The notes under the pieces are model-generated. The model was not told the origin of the DNA. It ran no database searches and saw only the letters and a list, made by a program, of their open reading frames with translations. A program made the translations under genes and the position numbers. Below, piece by piece: positions 46,996 to 56,984 of a DNA stretch of 64,000 nucleotides. Source of the DNA: a virus. Its lineage: Duplodnaviria > Caudoviricetes. The first letter of the stretch is position 1. Each line of letters starts with the position of its first letter. The stretch lies in the IMG/VR virus record IMGVR_UViG_3300035180_001680; one strand, 5' to 3'.

Positions 46996-48498
46996 TTAAA
47001 TTGTAACGAGTTGATAACGTTCACTGTTAATAACATCAAGCATCAAATCATAAGCAGACAAAAATTCTCCACCTATTGTATGCTTAAAGATAGACGGACT
47101 ACATCCACTAACCATTTGAAAACCACGCTCATCCATACTCATTGGAAACTGTTGGTTCTGAGCATCAACATTCCAAAACACCAAATTGGGCATTGTATAT
47201 CCACACTCACCAAATTCTTTAGAAATTGTTTGGAATAATTTTTCGTCAACCATACCCCGACCTTGATGCTCATAAGAATATCTAGCGTTGCTTGTAGCGG
47301 CATCAAATTCCATGTCAGAAATGATATACAACTTCTGTGGTAATTCAGATTGTGCTAACTTGTTTTGTTTGGCAACAGTAAGAATCAAACGGAACACAGC
47401 TTGAATATCTGTATTCATTTCCCATGCAGAACTATTCATATTGGCTATTTTTTCAACAAGGTCAGCTCCCTGAATTTTAAGTAGTTGAGGTGTAGAGCTA
47501 AAAGTAATGAACTTGTTATGATAAGCTTCACAAGTGTTACGTTCAGCCAAATACATTCCAACCGAAATGGCAACTTCCAATGGAAGACCAGCCATAGAAC
47601 CAGACACATCAACTACAGCAAGAGCATTTTCTTGTTTATCTCCAATATAGTTTGGAAGAGCGTCCCACAACGCATCCATGAGTTGGCGTTCGTGTTGTGG
47701 TGTGTTCCTGCCCATCGTAAATGCTTTGCGGACGATTTCATATGGAAAAAGAACACTCGCATTGATTTTCTTTTCGCCAGTCTTTAAAGAATCCAAGAAT
47801 TTCTTACGGCGTTCAGCATCGTGCGCGAAAAAAGCTTTCCCATATAACAAGTTAGCTTGAGAGGGAACGGCACTGTATTCAATACTATCCCACTGATTGG
47901 CAGACACCAACCGTTCAACAATGTTAATTTTCTTACGAAGAGTGCTCAACATCAAGCGATATGCTTTGGATCTTAATTTAAGACCCTTACGAGTTTTTGT
48001 TGCAAGTCGTTTCGTTTCTTTTGAAGAAGCGTTTTCACTTTTCAACCATTTTGCAAGCAACGAGGGATGTTCAGATGCCACGTCTTCGGTAATCTGTGTA
48101 AAGATTAGTGCAATCGCATCTGTTTCAAGTTCTGTATCAAATAACACATACAAATCATCCCAACGTCCAAAGTATGGAATAAGTTTAATGTTTTTACGGA
48201 CAGCGTCAGGGTTAACGTTAATCAACCACTTTAATTGCTTTCTAAACGTATCACGTTCACCTTGACCACCACGAGCGTCCCTGAAATAGAACATAGCACG
48301 AGTGGCTAACAATGCATTTTCTGCATAAGCTTTTGAAAACAAATGAAGAATTTCATCATCATCACGATTGCGGAGTGCACCACCCTGTGCAAACAAATCC
48401 AACATAGCTGATTTGGTTGTATCAAATGCAACAGCACCATTTTCCGTGTGTGCTACATTGGTTGTAATAGAAAGGGCATCCACAAATTCTTTGCTCAC
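46996..48498 (-). CDS. TROVE/Ro60-like plus vWA protein (DUF2828-like)
   Basis: TENGA, RDARGGQGER, GRWDDL, AKWL, VVDVSGSM (MIDAS), SDMEFD. Confidence 0.8.
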   Translation of the reverse strand: MSKEFVDALSITTNVAHTENGAVAFDTTKSAMLDLFAQGGALRNRDDDEILHLFSKAYAENALLATRAMFYFRDARGGQGERDTFRKQLKWLINVNPDAVRKNIKLIPYFGRWDDLYVLFDTELETDAIALIFTQITEDVASEHPSLLAKWLKSENASSKETKRLATKTRKGLKLRSKAYRLMLSTLRKKINIVERLVSANQWDSIEYSAVPSQANLLYGKAFFAHDAERRKKFLDSLKTGEKKINASVLFPYEIVRKAFTMGRNTPQHERQLMDALWDALPNYIGDKQENALAVVDVSGSMAGLPLEVAISVGMYLAERNTCEAYHNKFITFSSTPQLLKIQGADLVEKIANMNSSAWEMNTDIQAVFRLILTVAKQNKLAQSELPQKLYIISDMEFDAATSNARYSYEHQGRGMVDEKLFQTISKEFGECGYTMPNLVFWNVDAQNQQFPMSMDERGFQMVSGCSPSIFKHTIGGEFLSAYDLMLDVINSERYQLVTI

Positions 48499-48584
48499 TT
48501 GTTTCTCCTTTTATCAAGACACATTTTACTGGTTAGATTAAATGTCTAGTGTATTATGCGATTGCTGTTAGTGTCTTTAAACTA

Positions 48585-48809
48585 TTAAAGATTTCTTATA
48601 ACTTGAAATTCATATTGTGGTGGAACTATAACTGCTTTTACGTCTTTAGGCAACGCTTTGTCAAGTGCGTTCGAAATTTCTATTATTTTACTCTTCTTAA
48701 ATAGAGAATCGTCATGAACTTTTATGACTAAAACATCACCTGGATTAAGTTCCAGTTTTGAAATTTCCACCAATACGGTGTTAAAATTAATAACTGGTTG
48801 AGAATCCAT
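48585..48809 (-). CDS. Hypothetical protein
   Basis: LELNPGDVLVIK. Confidence 0.5.
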   Translation of the reverse strand: MDSQPVINFNTVLVEISKLELNPGDVLVIKVHDDSLFKKSKIIEISNALDKALPKDVKAVIVPPQYEFQVIRNL

Positions 48810-49030
48810 TATTCGTCTTTACTAGTATCAGTTCGTTCAACACGCTTCTTTTTGTTTGCTTGGTATGTCAATTCAGCTGAAATCATAGCACGTTTGTATG
48901 CATCACGTGCATGCTTATCTTCAATTGAAGCCATCATACGCTTAATTGATCCCGGTAACTTAAAATGCCGGTTGGGTTTTCCAATAATCACTGCAACCGC
49001 TTGATCTTTCTTTGCTTTTTTGGTAGTCAT
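48809..49030 (-). CDS. Small basic phage protein
   Basis: FKLPGSIKRMMA...RDAYKRAMISAE. Confidence 0.6.
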   Translation of the reverse strand: MTTKKAKKDQAVAVIIGKPNRHFKLPGSIKRMMASIEDKHARDAYKRAMISAELTYQANKKKRVERTDTSKDE

Positions 49031-49449
49031 TTTGGTCCTTTTCGTTAATTTAACAAGACGCCAACCGAAGCTCGGTCAACACCTACCGTATTGAAACACG
49101 GTAGCACGTTTTTGTTGTAGTCTCCATTGGGAAGCTTCACAAGAGCAATCTCCTCCACTTCCCAGATTCTCCACAACTCAAGTCAAAAGATTGCTGTGTG
49201 CGTCTTAAACTTCAATAAAGACATTTTACGGTGATTAAAATCAAAAATCAACGATATTATTCGCAGTTATCGGAAAATTTTTCCCAATGGTCTGGCCCAT
49301 TGACACGATTTATCAAGAGCGTGTACTCTCTTTTTTCAAAGTGACAGTTCACAAGTATGCTTTAAACAATCTGCATTACCAACTCTCTAACCCCTTTTAC
49401 AAGGGAGGTTCTACACAGATTGTTTAAAGCAGACACCTCAATCGAGGCA

Positions 49450-50370
49450 TTTACTTTGTATAAGGTTGAGATTAAACCTATACTATTGATACCTTCGAGA
49501 CATTATCTCATCACCTGCTACAGCTAGAGTTCTTCTCTTATCCACATAATCAGCTTTCGCACAACTATGTCTATCAACATGACTGCATTTTTTAAGTGGT
49601 TGCTTTTCCACCAACATGTAAAGCTACTCGATTATCTGTCTACCGCCAACCTTGCGAGCTGTACAAGAGCGCTAACTCTCTGCGTGCGACTTTCTTTCAA
49701 CATCCTCGACCTTGCGAGTTTTGGACGCCTTCATTACCTTGCGGCTGAAGGATTAAGCCATTTTCACTTTACACTGGAAACGTCTTTGCGTTTTATGTAA
49801 TATAATCCAAATTTATATGGGCTGTTAACCCTAACATTGTTAAACCTACCAAGAAGTGCGTTTCCAGTGGATTTCATACCTTTTGAGTATAAAAATACCA
49901 CACTCCTCATGTTTTTCATCTGCCGACTACTCAACCAGTTTTCAGGAATCGTGACACCCTATTACAGGTACCAAAACCCCCTCAACTTGCACAACAGCCC
50001 TTACTTGCGGGTTCGGACCACTGTACTACCCTTTACCTTTTGAGATGGCTAGTTTGTGTAGGCGTGAGGTCGGCACAACCCGTTACTCTCCAAATGCCCA
50101 AGTTCCCTGCAGAGCAGGCTTGTAAACATTCGTTCTTTCCACACCCCTAACTTCCCTCATATGACTACCGTTGGCGATAATCAGCTCCTTTCGGAGTAGG
50201 TCAGGCTTGCTTGTTTGTACCCCTTACAGGGCGCGGTAGTTGTAGGACCTACCGCTTTCACAACATCGCTGTTGGTTACTTTGCACAAGCGCGTAATTCT
50301 TTATCTTTTAAATTGTTTCTGATGAAACGTTCTGAATTCACAGAACTAATTAAAAGAGTGACTTTCTTAA
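49450..50370 (-). ncRNA. Giant structured ncRNA, GOLLD/ROOL-like
   Basis: About 900 nt without a credible ORF; many GCAA/GAAA-capped hairpins on the minus strand; downstream of a tRNA; TTGACT promoter near 50410. Confidence 0.6.
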
Positions 50371-50657
50371 TACTATCTGTATACTTTATACTAACTTCTT
50401 CATTAAGTCAACAGATATTTAAATTATTTTTGTTGTATTGTTTACTCCTCATGTAACCACCTTGCCTTCTCCTGGTTGATTTCGAAGAACAATCCAAACC
50501 AACCTGGGTGAGCTCCTTGCGAGAGCACAACACAACAAAAACAACTCAAAGTCTATTTTACTACTTTTATTTCGTATCGTCAACAACTAATTTTGTACTA
50601 ACTTCAAAATCACATTCAGTACAAAACACCTTCTTTGACCGCCTAACAATATAATCT

Positions 50658-50733
50658 TGGTAGCGGGGGTCAGACTTGCACTGACCTATTTCGGCTTATG
50701 AGACCGGTGATGAACTACCTCCTCTACCCCGCA
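50658..50733 (-). tRNA. tRNA-fMet(CAU)
   Basis: CTCATAA loop, 1-72 mismatch, CCA. Confidence 0.8.
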
Positions 50734-50906
50734 ATTAATACAAAAGTGTAGACGGTCTGTTTTTCACTAAAGAATGGCGTACCAGTCCTGATCATTGATG
50801 TTATCTCCAATTTACTACACTTTTAATCATCGTTAGAAACGCTCGGTCCTTTATAGAGCTTCGGATCCCTTCCTGTGGAATTGAACCACACCCTTTTCTA
50901 ACTTCT

Positions 50907-50981
50907 CGGTGCCCAATGTCGGAATCGAACCGACGGTCAAGTGTTTTAGAAGCACCTGCTTTACCATTAAGCCAATTGAGC
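50907..50981 (-). tRNA. Amber suppressor candidate tRNA(CUA)
   Basis: GGTGC-TTCTAAA-ACACT in canonical register. Confidence 0.65.
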
Positions 50982-51072
50982 AATCATTTGCTAATATTAC
51001 TTGTTCTTTTAAATAATGTCAACAAATGTTTCTCATTGAATTTATTTACTATAAACAAGGAGTTCGCTGACT

Positions 51073-51330
51073 TTAAATACCAATTCCCGCATGAATAGTG
51101 GGTTCATTTTTGGAAAAATTAAACTCGTTTTTCATGTAATAGTCAGCCAATTTTTCTGTAATCATGCGGATTACATCCGAATAGGAACGTTCCAACACAA
51201 AACGAACATTTGTGTGCCGCCAGGATTTCGTTCGTAAAAATTCATAAACAATTGTCCTATGTTCACGATTAGAAGGGTCGAATATGGTATATTGAGCCGC
51301 AAATTTAAAAATTTCTGTATTCATCATATT
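51073..51330 (-). CDS. Hypothetical phage protein
   Basis: FDPSNREHR...VRFVLE. Confidence 0.55.
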   Translation of the reverse strand, partial: NMMNTEIFKFAAQYTIFDPSNREHRTIVYEFLRTKSWRHTNVRFVLERSYSDVIRMITEKLADYYMKNEFNFSKNEPTIHAGIGI

Positions 51331-51811
51331 AGACCCTATTAAAAGCAATACAACTGTTAGTGTATTGGTGGTCGTTCGTAACTTCTTCACCGACCCAATC
51401 TGGTAAAATTAAACTATCAATTTCTAGCTGAGATTTGTTTTGATTAAACTCGATTTCGGCTACGATAAGCCCCTCGTGTTTTCCCCCAAACACATCAACT
51501 TCCCACAAGTGATAATTATTTTTAACAATGTAACGAACCTTCTCTATGGAATTATGTTCAAAAGCTGAAAATAACTCTTTAGCTAACGTTGGTTCGATAT
51601 CAAATTCGAATTCCTCCCGCCTCAACATATCACCAGTGTCTTTTTTAATAGTCATTCTGTACCAAGACAGGACCTGGGGAACAGATTCAGTCTTTATCCG
51701 AACTCGAGTATTCGGAGCAATGTATGCTTGTTTAATATGAAAAGTTCGAACGATATTGTTCCTCCAATTATCGTTTTTTACTAGAAACTTTCGTTCGATT
51801 TCAAGATTCAT
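51329..51811 (-). CDS. CYTH domain protein (triphosphate tunnel metalloenzyme)
   Basis: EIERKFLV, EKVRY, WEVDVF, VAEIE, PDWVGEEVT. Confidence 0.92.
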   Translation of the reverse strand: MNLEIERKFLVKNDNWRNNIVRTFHIKQAYIAPNTRVRIKTESVPQVLSWYRMTIKKDTGDMLRREEFEFDIEPTLAKELFSAFEHNSIEKVRYIVKNNYHLWEVDVFGGKHEGLIVAEIEFNQNKSQLEIDSLILPDWVGEEVTNDHQYTNSCIAFNRV

Positions 51812-52097
51812 TTTTGTTTCTTTGTTTATAATCAATCGTTAACACTACTTCATCTTTTCCAGTCCAAACTTCACAAAGTCCGTGTTCACCCCATTCACTC
51901 AACACACTCATTTCACCATCACGCCAAAGCTCAGGACTAGCACAAACATAACCTCTTGGAGTAGTAACGCTAGTTTTGTTTGTCCAGGGGTGACCATAAT
52001 CTGTCCATCGCCAGAAACAGTTACAACAACAGCGATCGTGCCACTCTTCTTTCATACATTTGTGATTAATCATCATTAGTTCATCATTCATTAAATG
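51801..52097 (-). CDS. Cys-rich hypothetical protein
   Basis: CCCNC...CASP...HGLCEVW; start uncertain. Confidence 0.45.
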   Translation of the reverse strand, partial: HLMNDELMMINHKCMKEEWHDRCCCNCFWRWTDYGHPWTNKTSVTTPRGYVCASPELWRDGEMSVLSEWGEHGLCEVWTGKDEVVLTIDYKQRNKNES

Positions 52098-52453
52098 AAA
52101 TTTGTCGTCAGGACAAATTGCTTCAACGGGAACAACCTCGACGTTTGTATACCACTGGGGGTGTTGTTGAATAATACCTAACTTTGTCGTTAGCGAGTTT
52201 GGAGTTTGTGTAAAGGTGAGCATCTTGGCGGTTCTCTGATGAACCCTTACCAATAGACTCATAACAAATCTTATTTGAGGAAGTGTGCGTATATTGAACG
52301 GCGTAACGAATCATCAGATTATCTCTGTAATTTTGAACATAACTGAATTTTACACTTAAATTACTGTGATGTCAACAGATAACAAAAAACGGACCGAAGC
52401 CCGTTTAAAGTCAACCCACCACTTAATGTTTATCTCCATTAAGAAAGAATTTT

Positions 52454-52530
52454 TGGAGCGGGAAAAGAGACTTGAACTCTCGACCTCAACTTTGGCAAAG
52501 TTGCGCTCTAACCAACTGAGCTACTCCCGC
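52454..52530 (-). tRNA. tRNA-Gly(GCC)
   Basis: CAACT-TTGCCAA-AGTTG; CCA; TATAAATA just upstream. Confidence 0.92.
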
Positions 52531-52696
52531 ATGTTAGTGTATTTATAAACCCACTCAAACAATCTAACAATCAACACCAAGGGTAATAGAATCGTTCGAA
52601 TCGTTTGTCCCCAAATCCAATATAACCAAGGCGGCCAGTTATACATTGAAACTGTTATATTACTTTGTACGAAATATCAAAAATATTGCTTTTTAT

Positions 52697-54033
52697 CAAT
52701 CTCTCAACTAAGAAAACCCCAGATGCTTCAACATCGGGGATGAATTAGTTGATCTCTCTTCTAACTTCCCCCATAAATACTCTTATACAAAGGGAGAACA
52801 CCACTTGCATAAAGCATACACGTTCCGATTAAATCCGACAACAGATCAGGAAACCGCGCTGAAACAGACAGGTGGATCAGTTCGTTGGTTGTGGAACCAA
52901 ATGTTAAAAGCAAATATTGACAAATATGCTGCTGAGGGGAAGTTTAATTTTCAGTTCGATATGAACCGGATGACAACGAAGTTGAGGGCCGAGATTCCGT
53001 GGCTTGAAGAGGTGAATAGCCAGGTTTTGCAGCAGAAAAACAGGGATTTAGATAAATCAATCAAAGCAAAAATCGCAAGGAAAACCAAACAGACTGGATT
53101 TCCTAAATTTAAGAAAAAGACAGAAAACAATGATTCATTTCGAGTTCCTGGTGGTTTTAAGTTATCGAATAAAGGCGTAAAATTGCCTAAAATCGGATGG
53201 ATTTCGTGGAAAATCAATAGAAAACTTCAGGGGAAAGCGAAAAATATTACATTTAAACAAGTAGGTGATAAGTGGAACGCAGTTGTTTTGTGCGAGATTG
53301 CTGATGTAGAACCAAGAACATTGTTTTCTGATGCCGAAGTTATCGGAATTGATGTTGGAATTAAAGATTTTGCTGTGTTGAGCAATGGAAAGAAGATTGC
53401 TAATCCCAAGGACCTTGAGAAGAGTTCTCGGTTGTTAAAGAGAAAACAACAATCACTCTCTAAGAAGGTTAAAGGATCTTCCAATCGAATCAAAGCAAGA
53501 AAATCTGTTGCTAAGTTGCACAGATCTGTAGCAAATAAAAGAAAAGACTTCCAGTGGAAACTAGTTGATTTGATAACCAAAAATCACTCAGTTGTTTGCA
53601 TGGAAGACCTGAATATTAGCGGAATGGTCAAGAACAGAAAGTTGGCTAAATCAATCGAATCTGCTGGATGGAGAATGTTTAAAGAAAAACTTAAACATAA
53701 ACTAGCAGAGACAGGTGGTTTGGTTGTCAATATCCCTAGATTTGCTCCATCTTCTAAAATGTGCTCATCGTGTGGAGCATTAAATCATTCTCTGACTCTA
53801 AAAGATAGAGAGTGGAAATGTGATTGCAATGCTGAACACGATAGAGACATTAACGCTGCGATTAATATTCGGAATATTGGTTTAAATACGCTGGGAACTA
53901 GCGGAATTTACGCCTGTGGAGTTGCCTCTGATGGGGATATAGCATATGATATATCTAGTTATGCAATGATGAAGCAGGAAAATCTGGGCGTTGGCCTGGA
54001 AGCCCCAAATGCTTTAGCATTGGGGTAGTTCAC
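52697..54033 (+). mobile_element. IS200/IS605-family (IS1341-type, tnpB-only) element
   Basis: TAM TTTAT, left-end hairpin CCCCAGATGCT..CATCGGGG, right-end hairpin ending TTCAC; excision restores the host reading frame. Confidence 0.92.
52805..54028 (+). CDS. tnpB: TnpB RNA-guided endonuclease
   Basis: HTH N-terminus; RuvC GIDVG, MEDL, DRDINAA; CSSCG/CDC zinc finger. Confidence 0.95.
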   Translation: MHKAYTFRLNPTTDQETALKQTGGSVRWLWNQMLKANIDKYAAEGKFNFQFDMNRMTTKLRAEIPWLEEVNSQVLQQKNRDLDKSIKAKIARKTKQTGFPKFKKKTENNDSFRVPGGFKLSNKGVKLPKIGWISWKINRKLQGKAKNITFKQVGDKWNAVVLCEIADVEPRTLFSDAEVIGIDVGIKDFAVLSNGKKIANPKDLEKSSRLLKRKQQSLSKKVKGSSNRIKARKSVAKLHRSVANKRKDFQWKLVDLITKNHSVVCMEDLNISGMVKNRKLAKSIESAGWRMFKEKLKHKLAETGGLVVNIPRFAPSSKMCSSCGALNHSLTLKDREWKCDCNAEHDRDINAAINIRNIGLNTLGTSGIYACGVASDGDIAYDISSYAMMKQENLGVGLEAPNALALG

Positions 54034-54456
54034 AACTCGGTAGTCTTCATTGCTTACATTTGCAACCAGATAATCACCTGGAATACTTTCCAAAACACTA
54101 CCATTCCAAATAGAACACCTAAATGTGTCTTCTTTGAATTGTTTGGAAAGATAAATCGCAGTATCTCTTTTTGTTGCTGTTCCAGGGTTTGTTCCATTCG
54201 AATCGTTCATAATTTCATATTTGTCAAAAGAGCTTTGGCCAACAGGATAACCGGTCATCGTATTAAAATCGTCAAACATAACGACACAATCATCAACAAC
54301 TGTTTGAACACCTTCAAGTGAAATTACTGTAGTTCCGTATAGGCGAATATAATCACGACCCCGCATGAACTGTCGAACAATGGGGAGTGCTTCGGTTAAT
54401 TTAAAGCCGTTTGATATTGAAACTTCGATTGGTGAGCCATCTTTCATTTCAAGCAT
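53959..54456 (-). CDS. Hypothetical phage protein with C-terminus disrupted by the IS
   Basis: PGDYLV...EDYRV then IS sequence; native end IKSNIFDISYKVI lies at about 52655-52696. Confidence 0.7.
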   Translation of the reverse strand: MLEMKDGSPIEVSISNGFKLTEALPIVRQFMRGRDYIRLYGTTVISLEGVQTVVDDCVVMFDDFNTMTGYPVGQSSFDKYEIMNDSNGTNPGTATKRDTAIYLSKQFKEDTFRCSIWNGSVLESIPGDYLVANVSNEDYRVVNYPNAKAFGASRPTPRFSCFIIA

Positions 54457-54465
54457 GATTTTCCT

Positions 54466-54798
54466 TTACTGTTTTGTGTTGTCAACAACAATCCTTAATC
54501 TTGACTGTTCTACATTGGAGCGAATTTCCCCACTAAACACTTGCAGCTCATACTGAAACGCATAGAATTGGGTCCAAAATATAGATTGAACCTTATTGAA
54601 CCGTTCTGTTGAATCATGAATACGGTCTAATCGGAGGTTCATGTTGAATATTTTAGCTTCCATTTGTTTCTGTTTATCGGGGTCTTCTTGCCACCTCATA
54701 ACAGCATCATGAATTGCTTCATTACGTTGTTTGTTGAACTCTGTTGGATTATCCTTGAATAGATTCATCCAATAGTCAAAGGTTTTTTCTTCATTCAT
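54466..54798 (-). CDS. DUF3135-like protein
   Basis: FDYWMNLFKDNPTEFNKQR. Confidence 0.55.
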   Translation of the reverse strand: MNEEKTFDYWMNLFKDNPTEFNKQRNEAIHDAVMRWQEDPDKQKQMEAKIFNMNLRLDRIHDSTERFNKVQSIFWTQFYAFQYELQVFSGEIRSNVEQSRLRIVVDNTKQ

Positions 54799-54804
54799 CA
54801 GAAT

Positions 54805-55074
54805 TCAGTGTGAAAGCCACTGGAGTGCCATATCAATATCGTTATCTAATATATCAACAAGACGTTTTTCCCAGTCATAAGTTGAACTAATATTTACCAT
54901 TCCTGGGACGTTTATATCCATTGGTTCAAATAACACAATAGCCATTTCACAATCAGAAACAAAATCAACGAAACCGACGATTTTATCATCAGAATCGTCT
55001 AGGACGAAACATCCAGGATATCCATGCTCAATATTCTCTTGAGTTGCTTTTATTTTGTAATATTGAGTTATCAT
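54805..55074 (-). CDS. Hypothetical protein
   Basis: Operon packing. Confidence 0.5.
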   Translation of the reverse strand: MITQYYKIKATQENIEHGYPGCFVLDDSDDKIVGFVDFVSDCEMAIVLFEPMDINVPGMVNISSTYDWEKRLVDILDNDIDMALQWLSH

Positions 55075-55520
55075 TGTTTTAGTAATCCTTTAATAATATC
55101 AGATGCAACTTTCCCGTCATACATGCCCCCGTGTGTATTTTTTAGATATTGCATAATAAGACCTGTTCCGTTTGATGTTGCAATCCCACCATTTAAAATA
55201 AATTTAGTAATAACAGAAGTCAATTCTTCAACGGAAAGTTGTTTCGGAAGGTAATATTCCAAAATTTCTCGTTCAATTTCTAACGCGTCACGCCAGTCAG
55301 CATCCTGTCGGTCACCAGCGTAAGATATATTTTCGTTGACACCTTTAAGGAATTTTTTAATTGTGTTTATAACTTCTGCATCGGTTGGGTCTCTAGGTGG
55401 TGTAGCATTTTTTCCAACCATCAACGCTTCACTGTAAAGTGTGGTCAACAAACTTACAGCGTCGGATTTAGATTTACGTGCAACAATTTGGTCAGTTTTA
55501 ATTTGTTCAATAAGAGACAT
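55071..55520 (-). CDS. GatB/YqeY domain protein
   Basis: IKTDQIVARK...EILEYYLPKQLSVEEL...GLIMQYLK...DGKVAS. Confidence 0.85.
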   Translation of the reverse strand: MSLIEQIKTDQIVARKSKSDAVSLLTTLYSEALMVGKNATPPRDPTDAEVINTIKKFLKGVNENISYAGDRQDADWRDALEIEREILEYYLPKQLSVEELTSVITKFILNGGIATSNGTGLIMQYLKNTHGGMYDGKVASDIIKGLLKQ

Positions 55521-55994
55521 TTATTTTTACCTTTAAAGTTAAGAATTCTTGCTCGTGGTTTGGTGAACCTTTGTGTTTTGTGAACACATGGAACAAAAGA
55601 TATCCCATTATCTATTAAACATCAGTTGGTGTCAACATTTATTATTAATTTTCACTTTAGCCGTTTCAGCATCAGTGTCGATAATAATAGTTAAATATTC
55701 TCCATATCTAACCCACTGTGATATGATATCATAAAGTTCTTCACTTCGGTCATCACGTATTGATTCAATTTCTTGTGACGAAAGACCTGTTACGTCTACC
55801 ATACTCTGTTTAACAGCGTTAGCAATACTTTCAGATACACCATCGGGGGGTCTTTAAATGTTAAATTAAATTTCATGATTATTCCCCATTAGTTGGAGTC
55901 TTCAAATTGCCCACAGCAGACTGATATATACGTTCATACACCTGCCTGAACACTGTGTGGTCAGATTAACTTAAAAGTGAATAAACGTCAATAA

Positions 55995-56624
55995 CTATTT
56001 AAATAAAGAGGGTAATGCAACTGAACCACGTTGAACAACAACTGCGTCATCATTATTATCAGCATAAAAAAAGTATTGAGAGTTATCAGCATACACAATT
56101 TTCCAATATCCAGACGGAATTGGAAGACCATTAATTGTTTGTTTGTTTTCGTATACTGCTATCGTTACAACATAAACATCTGTTTTTGAAGAATCAAAAA
56201 TACTTCTTACTTTTTCTTCTAGTAACTTCCACTCAACTCTATTTAAAGTTGGAGATTGTGGAGTCATATTTGTCAATAAAAAAGTTTCTTTCATTTCTTC
56301 TAAAGAAGATGCATCATCAGCAGGTGCCATATGACCTTTGTCATAATGTGTTTTTAAATATTGGCGGTTGTTAGGAACAAAACCAACCCTATCATCAGAA
56401 TGAAAATTGTTTGTTCGTTTTACTGACCCTACTGGGGAATTGTGTTTCAATAATTCTGATACAGCAATTACCTTGTGGTTGATAGTGTCATAATCCGATA
56501 CGTAAAAACTATTACAAAGTTCAGTAGTATTAGGAATGTTAAACGGTTTATGATCTGGGTATAGTTGAGGACAGTCTGCAAACGCGAAAGAAGAAACTAA
56601 AAGAAGCCCAAATAGAAATTTCAT
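55995..56624 (-). CDS. Secreted DNA/RNA non-specific endonuclease
   Basis: Signal peptide; YDKGHMAPA, TFLLTNMTPQ, LNRVEWKLLE; TATAAATA upstream. Confidence 0.9.
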   Translation of the reverse strand: MKFLFGLLLVSSFAFADCPQLYPDHKPFNIPNTTELCNSFYVSDYDTINHKVIAVSELLKHNSPVGSVKRTNNFHSDDRVGFVPNNRQYLKTHYDKGHMAPADDASSLEEMKETFLLTNMTPQSPTLNRVEWKLLEEKVRSIFDSSKTDVYVVTIAVYENKQTINGLPIPSGYWKIVYADNSQYFFYADNNDDAVVVQRGSVALPSLFK

Positions 56625-56649
56625 ACAATAACTCCAAAAAGGGTATTTA

Positions 56650-56982
56650 TATTTTTGGCTTTATTGAGTTGGTCCTGTGTAATTAATTTGCCCAATATTT
56701 GTTTTTTGTGTTGTTGAACTGATTTAACTAGTCTATGAACCCCATCTAATACTACCAATTTACCTTTCGATTTGATAACAATTATAGGATGTGAAGTATC
56801 TGCCTTGATTGTTCGCTGTTTTTCTGTTTTAGTGTATGGGGGAATCCAAATTAAATCAGATACTTCAAACTCTTGGGGCTTGACGTTTTTAATTATTCAT
56901 AATAATTTATTAACGCTATAATCATTTCCTTCAGAGCGAATAATGCTCGAATCTTCTTCTTGATATTGTTCCCATAATAACA
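56650..56982 (-). pseudogene. Interrupted ParB-like fragment
   Basis: HPIIVI...VLDGVHRLVK with an in-frame stop upstream. Confidence 0.45.
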
Positions 56983-56984
56983 TA

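Noticed and set aside
49567-50456. Small plus-strand ORFs in the giant RNA region
   Set aside because: No RBS or protein features; hairpin tetraloop polarity points to a minus-strand RNA.
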